Shown piece by piece: positions 38,688-51,770 of a DNA stretch of 64,000 nucleotides. Source of the DNA: Antedon mediterranea (lineage: Eukaryota > Animalia > Echinodermata). Below the pieces are notes generated by a model that saw only the letters and a list, made by a program, of their open reading frames with translations, searched no databases and was not told where the DNA came from. The DNA is taken from positions 6,758,001 through 6,822,000 of the forward strand of contig NC_092673.1 of the NCBI RefSeq assembly GCF_964355755.1. Direction: 5' to 3'. The number at the start of each line of letters is the position of its first letter. Position 1 is the first letter of the stretch. The translations under genes and the position numbers were made by a program.

Positions 38688-41600
38688 TTAGAGAAAAGAG
38701 ATTTTTCCCGAAATTATTTCCTCGGTTACATGCCCAGGTACACGTACGTACATGGTAATTTAAAACTTTTATTTAGATGCATAAATACTATCAGCTGCAT
38801 ATCGTCTAAAACAAAATTACTTTTACTATATATAGGTAGAAATAATATCGGTCATTGAATATACATAAGATAAAACTTAAGTACTCAGTTAGCTAAAATA
38901 AAACGAAACAACGACTGCTTAAAACATTTTGTTTGCACATTAGTCGGTGAATAATTGAATGGCTTTTAAGCGCCTGACCTATTTGTTGCGCTCACACATC
39001 TTTCTTTATGTGTGCTTTGCTTAACTAAATGGAATTGGACAAATATCTAAACTCGTTCAAATGAATCCCTGCCAACGGACATAGCAATTAATTACACGAA
39101 ACCAGGCGAAACAAAAGTAACATACGATTTCTGGATGTTCTCCGTAAGTGGTTTTTGTCGAGATGCTCTTAGCGAAACGATGAAAATAACCCTTAATGTA
39201 AGGGATTTGCCAGATACTACTGGCCTTCGACTTAACGCGTTTTTTATACTATCCACCTTCTATCTACATTAAAATTGAAATCTGATTTACGACATGAGTG
39301 AGCATGAATACAATCCATTCACAGAGATCGCCACTCAACACGCATTTCAGTAACATTAATACAATTACATTTACTACTATTAGCGCGTTCATATCACTAA
39401 TGCTCGTCGTCTTATATTTTGCTGGCTTTCAACAGAAATTAATTCTATATAGATATAGATAAAGAATAATCTTTCGAAATATGTAAATGTGTTCTGCTAA
39501 AGTATAGTAAATACGGGCGCTGGTGTTATTTGAATAATGAAGCTTGCGTTCACACTGCATGGACGTTAAAAGCAAAACGCATGTTTGACAAAGTGACAAG
39601 TCAAATGAACCATCGTTTGTGATTTGCCAATGACCACGTGTTCATGTTCTTCCCGTTGCCTTCTTTTACTAGTGAACTAAGCTTTACCCTTGACGTCATT
39701 CGCGCTAATTCACTACAAATAGTGCAATGGAAAGTGAGAAATGGCCAACCCTCTGTCTAAATCTCTTTCAACTCTCAAACGTTAAAAAATACAATACATC
39801 TTAAGTCTTCCACTCAGGCACATATATCTATACTGTAGATAACGCTCCGTTACCCGTCAGGAGGGTTCTCCCATCTCCTTGCTCCGCCTAAATATCAGCA
39901 AACCCTCGGACACAAACCAATCTCCAAACTTCGTTTAGTGCACCAGGGAAAAATTTCATTAGAAAATTTTGTTTAGCAAAATTGCTAATCAAACTGATTT
40001 TTTAGTCAAGAAACATAGTTTTGTATTGTATTTTTTGCTACACAATTGTAGAAATGTGTAGCAAAAAGGTTGTTTTGTATAGCTTTTTGCTATGCTACAC
40101 TGGCGAAATTATTCCCTGTGCACGCCAGCTATCAATCGCATACACGTTTTGCAGAATCACACTTCTATTAACCTCTTATTTTCGCGTTCAACAATCATCA
40201 TAACACACTTGATTATTCTTGACATTACATCATTTTTGTTCTTTTCAATAATCCATCAATTAGGCCTAAGTTAATTACTGTAATTATTCAAAATTCAAAC
40301 GGAAAATAATGTTTGCCAACCATCGTTAAATGGATTATACTTTCAAATAGGCAGTACCACTTTAGGCAAATCTGAGCCCATTTACTGGAGGGGTAAAGCT
40401 TTGGGGTATGGGCACTTAAGAAGCAGTGTTTATGCCTACAGTATTCTACGAAAATCATGATAATTTTATGAACAATATATATTTGTTTACAAGAATCGTA
40501 TTATAAAAATATGCCGTATTTTGGTACTAATCGCATTGCAATTACGGTATAATACATTATGTCATTAAAGGGTATTTGCGTTAAAATGATAAAATTGCAT
40601 TTTATGGCAATCAGTGTAAGCCTTGCGTGTAAATTGCATTGACAGTCATTATTTCTATTGTTTTTATGAAACGTTTTGTAATGAAACATTGTTACTCTGA
40701 CGTCATCGCTTCAAAGCGCATGCGCACAGCTAAAGAGATGGTTTTAATGGTTTCAGCCGGGACGCGCTCGTAATGAATGTCCGTAGATTATACAACACTC
40801 TCAATTTTCCCATTTGTGAGTTTAAATTACACCGTCAGATTGAGTTATTGCCAATGCATTAATGACAAATTTCAGGAGAAGATACGCATTTAACAAGGCG
40901 CACACAATGTACTCGTTCGATCAGTGGTGTGATGGCGTCTTAGAAAACGTCTAATACGCGAATGCGATCAGATTTCGATTGTTATAATTCGTCAGTGTTG
41001 CAATTAGTTGTTCTTGTTTGTATGGTAGCGTCCGGGTAGCGTAGAATATTAGGGGAAATTGGCTTGAATGTGTACATTGTGTACACGGTACTCTACCATT
41101 CGGTATAATGGAATATTTTGAAACGAGCAAAAGCTGTCAGCTCAATAAAAATAACAAATTTGGATATGACAGTACAGCGCGAATTAATGGTTCATAACTC
41201 ATTGCGAGGGCGTAAAGGAGGTCACCCCAGATTTCTCGGCAGACGATAGAATTGCAAGGGGTGGCTTAGATCAATCATAAAGGTGTTATCAGGCGTAGAA
41301 ATGACGTTATGAAAGACGCATCATTACTGTGTATCAATCGGTTTATAATTTATATTTAGGAATTATCAAAAAAGAACTGACATATTTAGAATAACAAATC
41401 GGTGCGAAGACAAAATAAGGAGCAGATGAATTTACACGAAAGCGGCAGAATTTGTCAACACAGTAATTACTTTAAGTGTTAGGATAGATTTAAAAACACA
41501 TTGCGTTAAGCTAAGCCAACTGAAAATTAGAAATTATTTCTGAGGTGTGAACGCAAGAAATAAATAGTATCTTTATGCAGATGATTTATGATGATAGTAA

Positions 41601-42946
41601 CAATTTCATATTTTTCAAATTATATATAATAAACATTATATTTAAATTAAATTAAGTATTATATTTAAATGAAAAAAAAATACTTGCTATCGAATCTTTA
41701 TTAATATCCGGTAACATTTTCAACCTCAGTAACATACACAACCACGATTCACCTACTGTATATTTAATTTGAACACTATCTAGGAAAGTTTCGTGATACA
41801 ACGTCACCTGCCAGTCACATCACTTGAAAAATATCAGGCGAATTAGGTTAGGCAATGTGTCACATGTGACAGTGTGCTACTACAACTTGTCCAGACACAC
41901 CAGAAGAGTTTTGCATTGCTATAGACCTATTTGAAATGCAAGGGGGACCCACCCACTCCCTCCTTTGGTTCCGCATATGCGGAGTTGGCCAAAAAGTTTG
42001 GTCCCCGTGCAAAACGCAAGTCGGAAGCCACAACGCAAGATACAAGACACACGAATTAACCAAGAACAGTAGTGGGAACCAAGCTTGGATTTTGAAGTGG
42101 GCAACAATTTGATAACGTGATAAGCAAGGCACGGTACCGTACAACTCCAAGTTCTAGGGTGAGGAGACACCTAGCAGTGAAGTACACACAGCAAAAACAA
42201 TTGAAAGAACGTATGCTGTCAATATCAATGAAGATACGTTTCCAATTTCCAACAGTTGTTAAAAGACAAAAAGCGTTACAAAAGCGTTACAGAAACGAGT
42301 GAATCTTGCTGCGTTTTATAATCGGTCTCGTATCCAATTTAATTTCTGAATAGAATTGTGTGCCGACACGATCGAATTCTTGGCATACAAATTAATTGCT
42401 TTTCGTATCGGTTCAATTTCTGACTTTAATTTAGGGTTAATTTCAGAGAGCAGTAATTGATGATTGATTTTGTATAAGAGACTAATTGCGTTTGCTTTTT
42501 ATAATGAATTCGATGAAGCAAGCCGCATCTCACAGCATGGCTTGCTCTGGCATCTGTTGATATCGGATAAAGCCATTCATCCGTAACATTGTATAATCTC
42601 ACAATTGATACAACACTACGGTAATAATGATAAAAACAATAATTGTGTCGATATTAAAAATGCGCTCGATTTAGTAAATAAACACTGCTGGTATTGTATG
42701 TCCGTGGATTAACATTTATTAAACTGTAAAACACCTATCATTAGTGTTTATTTAAATAAAACTTAAATATTTACGTTTTTCCAAATCGTGCAGTCAGGGC
42801 GCCACAACCCCGACGCAGGTTCTAAAGTCTTATTGGATAAAGAATTAAAATTTGAGGACCAGTGGCCTTATCTGGCACGTGTGCAATTTAAGTGAATCAT
42901 TCGGAAGAGAATTACTTATAAAGGGTGGTGGACTGATGATGAAGAC

Positions 42947-43026
42947 GATCGGAGGAGCTTACGAGATCGAAGAAGCTTAGGAGATCGGAGACGCTTACGA
43001 GATCGGCAGAGCTTACAGTACGAGAT
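42947..43026. repeat. 18-bp minisatellite GATCGGAGGAGCTTACGA, four units
   Basis: Directly visible. The fourth unit carries a CAGTA insertion. Confidence 0.85.
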
Positions 43027-43304
43027 ATGAGCATGAGTGATAGGACACAAATTGTACACGCTGGGAGAATATGGCCTTAGAATACTGATCTATTTTGCTA
43101 TGCAGTTAATAGCAAATCACCCAATATTCAATGTGAATAATGGCAAGAAACCCAGATCGAACGTAAACCAATCCTATGGTTCACAACGTATGGCACGCCA
43201 AAGACGTCACGAACCATTGATTCTTAGTGGCTATTTAAAACGATATATAAATTTAAGATAATTTAAGCAAAAGTAAATTATAATACAGTAGGCCTAGTAC
43301 ATAC

Positions 43305-43554
43305 CTTATTCCCGGCCCGAACACCTTTCGACATATTGCCCATATTGGTCGATTTGTAAAGTTTGCTGTGGTCACTTTCGCATACTGGACTTCCATTGAC
43401 CATCGTATATCGGTCACCAGGATTCAAAGGTATATGACAAGTACTACATGTAAAGCATTTTACGTGATACGCCTTGCCCTGCGCACGCATCACTAACTCG
43501 TTGGCGGGAATCTGTTGACAACAGGCAGCACATGCTCCACTATTTCCAAACATC
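43305..43554 (-). CDS. LMO4: LMO4 coding exon 2: LIM domain 2 and C-terminal tail
   Basis: Acceptor ttcttcatag|G completes the Arg codon (AG+G) in phase with exon 1. It encodes MFGNSGACAACCQQIPANELVMRAQGKAYHVKCFTCSTC...PGDRY...CESD, matching LMO4 LIM2 (LFGNSGACSACGQSIPASELVMRAQG). It ends at donor AAT AAG|GTATGT (intron starts 43304). Confidence 0.95.
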
Positions 43555-43785
43555 CTATGAAGAAATGGAGTTTTAATTTTGTTAATGAAAAATAATTACA
43601 AATATTCAAGATTGGTTTCATCGCCAACGTTACCTTTTCTTTCCCCAGTCATTTCGACTCAATGTGAAGTTGAGAGGATAGGCCCAATGCACTACGTTAT
43701 AGTAATGCTTGGCAGGCCCTAACCAGACCACACACGGTAGTATCAACCTACCCGGTGGTTCCATTTCAATAATATCAAATGATAA

Positions 43786-43876
43786 GGACATGATCATTGC
43801 CATATTTGGCCATATCGCTACCATATTTGGGCGCATCACACTTTTTGTCGCATACACTTTGATAGTAGACAGAGCT
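43786..43876. mobile_element. MITE family A, partial copy
   Basis: CATATCGCTACCATATTTGGGCGCATCACACTTTTTGTC...TTTGATAGTAGACAGAGCT-TTA. Confidence 0.65.
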
Positions 43877-45099
43877 TTATATAGGCTTTATACACAGCCC
43901 CACAAAGAACATTTGTAGGCACGGACTTTTAAGTAACAATTAATACATTAAATAAACCAGATCATTGCGGGGGCTGATATGAAAAGGTTATCAAACAATT
44001 TTGATTTTGAAGTGATCAGTGAAAGGATTTGTAAAAACATAAAAGGCAGACTACCGTACGTTACAAAGCAGACTAACATTACAGAGCATGATTGTAATAA
44101 TGTGCGCGCAACGTCGTAGACAATTATTACGTCACACACCATGGGGACTCTGAGCAAATTTTCTAATACTTATTTTAATTGCTAAGCGACATCTCTTCCA
44201 CTTCATTAGCTAATTGGATAATCATTACTATGCTAATTACGAACATTGCCATGACGAACCAAATTCTTATATTTTAATAGGGTTTTTTAGATGTTCGTTT
44301 AGATCGAATAAAAATATCAATAGGCCTATAGGACATAATGGTATCGTCGTATTTCATTCCCAAATCTAATAACACCCCGTTTGTCCAGTTTTGGTGTGAG
44401 ATGGCGACGACATCTTACAACTATTTATCTTTAATCCATCTTTAATAAAAGATTCATTAGGTAAGTTGGTTCCACCGAAGTTAGCGCACCACTGTGCCCA
44501 AGGAACCAACTTACCCGGGTAAATAAATAAAGCGGGAACGGGTTCATTGTGCTAGCGTTTGCTCGCGTAAACGCAGCTGAAAGCCGACACACAGACATAT
44601 ATCACGGTTCAGGTAGTGAACAGTCGTTATTGAATATAAAGCTAAAATATTCCATTTACAAAAGTAAAATTATCTGTGCAGAACAGCGATCAGCGTTTCA
44701 AGCCTAATAAAAACCATCATCGATCACAACAAATCCACTAGCTTAATTAAAAAACAAATCAAGAAACTGGACATGAACTTATGGAACGAAAATCGCCATA
44801 TTAATTAGTCCATTATTAACTGAAGATTGCCCGAAGTTCCACTAGTATCAGAAGTTGCCGATGAAAAGGTTATTCAACGCGAAGCACACTACATTGCTTT
44901 GACATTAATAATACTGGAAACGAGTTGAATGTAGAGTTATTCGGTAGTTTGAAACGTGTTTAGTGATACGGGTTGTCGATATGATTGAACTAAGGCAGAC
45001 GGTGTATCTATCTTCACTGGCACAAACGACAGGTTTGCAATCTCGCTGAACTGTTGTAACATAGTGTATAGACAATAATTAAAGACATTTATACAGTAA

Positions 45100-45314
45100 A
45101 GCTCTGTCTACACTGTCAAACTAGTTTTACAAAATCAGTGGGATGTGTCCAAATATTATGGTAGTGATATGACGTCATCACATTTTTTGTCACATAAAGT
45201 TTGATAGTGTAGACTAAGCTCTGTCTACATTATCAAACTTTATGTTACAAAAGATGTGATGAGGCACCGTATCGCACTTTTGTTGTCAAACTAATTTGAT
45301 AGTGTACCGTAGCT
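45100..45314. mobile_element. Two adjacent MITE family A copies
   Basis: AGCTCTGTCTACACTGTCAAAC...GTTTGATAGTGTAGAC is followed directly by AGCTCTGTCTACATTATCAAAC...TTTGATAGTGTA. Confidence 0.75.
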
Positions 45315-45377
45315 TTAGTGGCTGTGCTGTTCACACGGGCTTGGTTTAGAACATAACGAATCTTGTAAAACCTTATA

Positions 45378-45525
45378 CAGTGGAACATCTCCTTGTATGG
45401 ACAACGGACACCCCATGTAAAGATGGCACTTTTTGTGGAACAAACTAAGGATACTATGTTTAAAACTATATAGGCCTACTACAACTTCTGTTTAGTGGAC
45501 ACTTCCGTGGGTCACGGTTCTACTG
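45378..45525. mobile_element. Degenerate Tc1/mariner MITE with CAGT termini
   Basis: TA-CAGTGGAAC...GGACAC repeats...GGTTCTACTG. Confidence 0.5.
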
Positions 45526-47059
45526 CAGTATGGGGAGATATACAATATACACAACAAACAACATTTGTTGTTTATCTGTAAACAACAGCATTTATTTAGA
45601 ATTTGTTTGAGCTAGTTCAAAGGTGATTTTTAACAATGAGCAAAAATGGAGGGTTCCGACATATTTTTTAGAAGACCTTACTCCCTTTTTTGTACCTCAC
45701 AATCTAGTAATTTGAAACACATGTAGATAAATATCAATAATTATAAGACATTTCTCCATTTAATTTTTATCTTATACACATTTATTACATTTAAATATTA
45801 GATGTGTTTACACCTGGTAGCATCTGTACGCGGTCCGTGTTCCCTCCCGTGACCTGGTCATCCAATGCGCTACCTGCCGTCTTCTTGATATTGTACGGAA
45901 TTTGCATTTCATTCTACACCTGTTCGGAACCCTTTGATGTCTTTTCGACCCAGTGACTTTTAATATTATTATGATTAAATATAGATATTGGTACAATTCT
46001 CGGTCACAGTACGTAGGCCTATGTCATGATAGAAAGTGGCAATGCAAAACGATGTAGCAATACGTGGTATACCGTAAGTTCAATCATTCTTTGACACCCC
46101 ACACTTTTTTGCTGAATGGTGGTGTCGCACAGCGTATAAAAACGAAAAGAATGTATATATAAAATACAGTAATATCAGTAGTTAGGCCTACTGTAACAGA
46201 AAATATAATATTGATATGAATTGTGACTCACAAATTGTTTAGAGGTCAATTGAATATAATAATTCGAACCCAGTGAGAGTTAATACCATTCCCATGCCTT
46301 GTGAACGTTAACCTAATATTTCTATACTCAAATAGGTCAATTGCATGCCTTTTGCACAGTTACTATTCATTCACTTTTTAGCCCGAGTCTATATCTATAC
46401 TTTGCTTTATCACCACGTGACCAACATTAGTGACGTCATTAGAAACTTCACAAAATCAGAGTCAGTGCAGATATGTAACTAATCGGGTTGGCTTTCATTC
46501 TATGTATCAGAATTTCAATGCAGGGCATATAGCTATAACGACTTTCCATCTTTTCTAGGCCAATTAAGTCCAGAATTTTGTACTTCCCCGGAGGCTGTGT
46601 AACCGGCGATGAAACTTGTATATATTGTATTGTCCTCGATCTATTTTCACACCTGGGTGTTATACGATGTATTGTCATTGGCAATACAAAGTATGAATTA
46701 ATGGGTTAAATGGATGTAGGTCATCAGAGAAACTCCTGTTAATGCAAAGTAATGTTTTAAAACGCGTCTCCTGCTAACATCATTTTGACGTGATGACGCG
46801 TTAACGGCGCTGGATCATCGATAATCGAATGACAGCTATGTACATTAAAGTAAATAATTAAATGCTTAATGTGAATACACTCCACGATATAATAAAAAGA
46901 ACGTGATGACGTGTTACCAGAGCAAAGTTTATGAATAAAGAAAATTATTTATATAAAAAACCTGTTTATGTAACTGCGTTTTAACAATATCTAGACTATA
47001 CACATGATACACTATATACTCTAAAGCAGCTTTTAAGGAAAATTTAAGGTCGAAATAAT

Positions 47060-47180
47060 GCTCTTGTCTACACTATCAAACTAGTTTGACACAAAAAGTG
47101 TGGTGTTCCCAAATATGGTAGTAATATGTTTAAATATAGTATGTCCATGGGCACATCATATCAAGTTTGATAGACAAGGC
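47060..47180. mobile_element. MITE family A copy
   Basis: TGTCTACACTATCAAACTAGTTTGACAC...CAAATATGGTAGT...AGTTTGATAGACAAGGC-TTA. Confidence 0.7.
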
Positions 47181-50100
47181 TTAGATGGTTGATTGTAAGA
47201 TTATATAAAATGAAAAACCTTTGCACGCTATAACAGCAGCTGAGACTATAAAATCACACAAAACATCAATATTATTTACCTACATAAAATAAATTGTTTC
47301 GAATAAAGTTTATACGTCACGTCGCCACTTCGAAAATGTAGGGCTATAGGCCTAAATGTTGGCAAAACCGGAATCTACAATAGAATACTTAAATCTTTAC
47401 CATGTGCGGAAATGTATTGGTCGTGTAGGGCTTTTCAATTATTTATATGACTCATAAACCTAGGAACACCCAGGAGACTAAAATCATCGTCCCCTCCAAA
47501 ACCAAAAAGAACACTTTATTAACGAAAAGTGTTGGCTTCTATACTTTTAAGACCATGAGAAATAATAATTGAGACTCATCATCTCAAGGGTGTTATACGC
47601 GTTAATTAAGGAAGCTGATGCGGTAATTGTAACGATCTAAAAATCGAAGTCGATAACCGAATCTTTTGTTAAATATCTTGAATTTAGGCCTATACTCCAA
47701 GAAACATTTTTCTAAAAGAATTAACTAAATTCATTAACATTAATAATAATCATTTTCATTAAATATTTTCTCTCAAATGCTCCTCACTGGCCTTTTTAGT
47801 CTTGAGGACAACAAATATGAGCTTAACAACACAAGGTGACAACATAGGCCTATAGCAACATAAGAAATAAATAGTTTTAATCAACTAAATATTTCTATTT
47901 ATAAAAATTATTTAAAATAAGCAAAATAAAATTATTAGGCCTATATTATTTTGCTTATTTTAAATAGGTGATAAATCAATTATAACGAATCAAATATATA
48001 GACACAACTTGATATAATATTAATATCTAAAATGAAAATTATGAATATTTAAAGAGTTGGTGGAAAAGTATCCCCCACCCTCTGAATCTGCCATTCTATT
48101 GTTGTGGGTGTCATGTCTGACGTCATAATAAGATGAAAAGTAGGGCAGGTAGATACGACCATGACCGATAGCTAAATATAAGAAGTTTCCACGAGACAGC
48201 TGGAGCACTAACAAAAGTAGTCTTTAAATTATAAATGTGCAGTTATTTAATTCCTTGATGGAAAAACTCCTAATAAAATTGCATTTAAATAAGTTTATTT
48301 TTATTTCTGAATGATATATGACAACTGCTGATTGGCTGAATTGCGCGTAACGTTGTTACTGCCTAGAATGGCGGTTAAATGACCAATTTTGACTTGCTGT
48401 TTGATAGATTAACGTCGCATAGACCTGAATAAATAATAGATTGATGCAGTGTTTATGACAGTTCGTTTTCATCACGATGCCATTAGATAACATTTCACGC
48501 CGCTAGCCAAGCAAAATGATGAATCGTCTCTATGCACTGAATAAATGGCGCATTAACAGCGCGCGTCGTATAGCAGGCAATGAATAATTTTAACCAATCA
48601 GTATTATCGTTCTATAACATGCATAAGACTGTGTGAAGCAGGCTAATGAAACAAGAATTGACAAGGAGGTCACGTGATTGAAACTAAAAGAAACATGATC
48701 AATTTGTACTTTTAGTTTGTGCATTAATCACTTAGGCTAAAAGTAATATTTAATGAGTAACATACTCGGGGCACAAAGAAAGCATCAAATCAACAAATGA
48801 AAGTAAATGACGCTCAGAAAAATCATAATTAGACAGTCATTTCGAGTAAACTTTGTTTATGTTACTCCCAATTTGGGTCTTAATACATTGTCGTATCACG
48901 ACAGATCGCATTAGATCAGGTAGAACTCATTAGAAGACAATATATCAAGCAATTATTAACGGCTTCAGCAACCTTGCTATTTTCTCTGATTTTTTATATT
49001 CCTTTTCAATTCAATACAAAATCCATTTAGTATGTTTATTATTGTAAGGCGACACGATTGCATGAGATACTGAGTGTGCTTTTAGTGAAAGTAAATACGA
49101 TTTCATCGTAATGTACGTAAATTAAAATGCAAGGAAATCGTGTCGGGTCGCGATCTATATAATATCATATTTGATATTGTTGATGTCATGTTTGAATGGA
49201 ACTATTGACAGACCTTGAGAATCGTTTATTAGTATTAACTGTCTTTAATAACCCAGATAAATTAATATTCAATTTGATTACTAAAATAAATAAACAAAAC
49301 TGTCCGTTACATTTTTAAATTCGAGAAGTGGGGGACCACACCCATCTGAGAACCGAACGTGTGCGAGAGGGGCTTGAGTTTTGATTAGAAATGACACTCA
49401 ATAATATTATGTTTGTGGGGGGGGGGGGGGGGCTTTATTAATTAATTTAGTCAGGGAATTTGCATAGTTATACTGACATATTAAGTATAATAGTTTAAAA
49501 AATATGTCTTTGTTTTAATCATCAAAAAACAGGTTAGACGTGTTATGCAAAACCCTATTTTAAAGTACACTAACGTATTAGTAATCTAAAAAACTACCTC
49601 TTCTCAATTTCAGACGTTAGTGAATATTGGCTGACGATGACGAGATTAACGACGTCTTGTATGATCAGCCTAGGTACTCTACTACTAATGCGACTAATAT
49701 AATTGGCTTCAAATGAAAATTGACGATAATGGAAAATTTGCGTAACATATGAAACAATTTGGATTCGCGTTCGAGTGATGTCGATAATGCATTGGAGAAA
49801 TGAAGCAGTTTTTTTTATTCAAAACCAGGTTGACGCGAAAGTTAGCATGACTTATAGAACAAACTGTACATGAGATACGTCATAGATTAATGGAAATAAT
49901 TCCAAGTTAGAGTGGTCTACTAAATATGCTAAACAATTAGATGATTTTTGTAAGCAGAGAGATTGCTGATATACAAGAATGGAAAGTGACAACAAACACG
50001 AATAATCATCGCTAAGGGTTGAAACGTATAACAATGGGATGAAATAAAGCGGTTCTCTAACCTTGTTTTCCACAAAATCAATGAATCGAAATGTTTTACT

Positions 50101-51308
50101 ATAATATGTGACTTATCTAACAAAGAATCGTGATAGCCTATGAAATGGTAAATCCTTTCTCTGTAGTGTAGTCAATCACTGTAAAGGGGAATTTAACTAT
50201 AAGCATCATAACTATTACATGGATGTACCCGGTCAAAAACAATGACAAAGGTTTGTGTCGAGCGCAGTTACTACTAATGTGTTTTTGCTGATAATGCACG
50301 AACAATGTGTGCGATTGATTGAGGAACGATTAAAATAGACCCAAAGTAATGTTAGCATACTGCGTTAATGTATCCGAACAGCGATCCAGAAAATTACTCT
50401 AGGCCTTTGCTAAGTATCATGCAAATATATACGGATTATGTTCTAGATATTTTTTTAAAAGGTAATGCATGATCCATTATGAACCGTAGTAAAGTGGATT
50501 CTATTTTTTCTTTGGTAATCCTAGAATATATATTTCTTTCTCTGGGATCTATCAACGTAGAAGCTTTGGCTAAGGGGTCTCCAGCCCTAAAGGCATTAGT
50601 AATATAGTGTTTAGTGCCTTTTTCCTTTCCCCGTCTGTTTTCTCCGAGTTTTTTTTTTATAATATCGAGATTCAACTAAGTGCTTTTATATCAATAACCA
50701 TTAATTCTTAAGCTGACGTTTCTTTGAATGACACGTGGTCTCGCGAATGTTACCCCAGAAAAAATAGATTTAAGACGCTTGAATGAGATTGCTGAGCAGC
50801 AATAATCATTAGCTACGTTCTTGTTTACAAATTCGATACAAGTCATCTAATACAATCTAATGTAATATCTTAAATAGAATAAGAGCCGTTTCATTCCGCC
50901 ACTGATTGTTTTCAATAAATTATCTGATGTAATGAAAACAAGATCTATAGTTCCACTTATTGACGATAATCTTCATAGATTAAACGTGATAAGACGAGAG
51001 TAATAATTCGGTGACATAAATTGCAATTGTGGTTTCCATGTAGTTAAAGAACATTCTTTAATGTCGCATTTAATTCAGAAAATTATATCTTATTTTGGTT
51101 ATTTAAATACGATGAAAGTTAATCAATCAGATTTAAATATACATTCGATTAAACTCGGGACGTTTCGCGAGGATGTTGGCATGCCACACCTCTCATAACA
51201 GGGAATTTTGGACAGAATATCAATTTATTTAGCTGATAAACAACCCCTTCCGATGATAAATCCAGTTAAAAAATTGATAGATCCAGGCCGATGGAGACGA
51301 GAGCTTTT

Positions 51309-51770
51309 CCGAAGGTGCAGAGAGTGTCCAGAGGAGCAGAGTTTCCGGAGAAGCAGAGAGTGTCCGAAGAAGCCGAGTGTCCGGAGGAACATAGAGTGTC
51401 CAGGGGAGCAGAGAGTCTCTGAAGAAACAGAGAGTGGGAGGAGCAGACAGTGACTGGAGGAGCAGAGAGTGTCCGGAAGAGCAGAGAGTGTCCGGAGAAG
51501 CAGAGTGTCCGGAGGAGCAGAGAGTGACTGGAAGGGCATAGAGTTTCCGGAGAAGCATAGAGTTTCCGGAGGAGCAGAGAGTGTTAGGAGGAGCCGAGAG
51601 TGACTGGAAGAGCATAGAGAGTCCGGAGAACTAGAGAGTGTCCGGAGGAACAGAGAGTGACTGGAGGAGTATAGAGTGACTGGAGGAGCATAGAGAGTCC
51701 GGATGAGCAGAGAGTGTCCGGAGGAGCAGAGAGTGGCCGAGGAGCAGAGAGTGACTGGAGGAGCCGAGAT
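51309..51770. repeat. Purine-rich ~19-bp minisatellite (CCGGAGGAGCAGAGAGTGT / GACTGGAGGAGCAGAGAGT)
   Basis: Directly visible. It explains the five overlapping ORFs between 51208 and 51831. Confidence 0.92.

Noticed and set aside
40955-41005. Minus-strand CTGACGA...GAAA as another hammerhead
   Set aside because: Stem I cannot form and stem II lacks the closing G-C pair.
43278-43553. ORF as a stand-alone 91-aa single-LIM gene
   Set aside because: It has a phase-compatible acceptor and joins the LIM1 exon to give a full LMO4.
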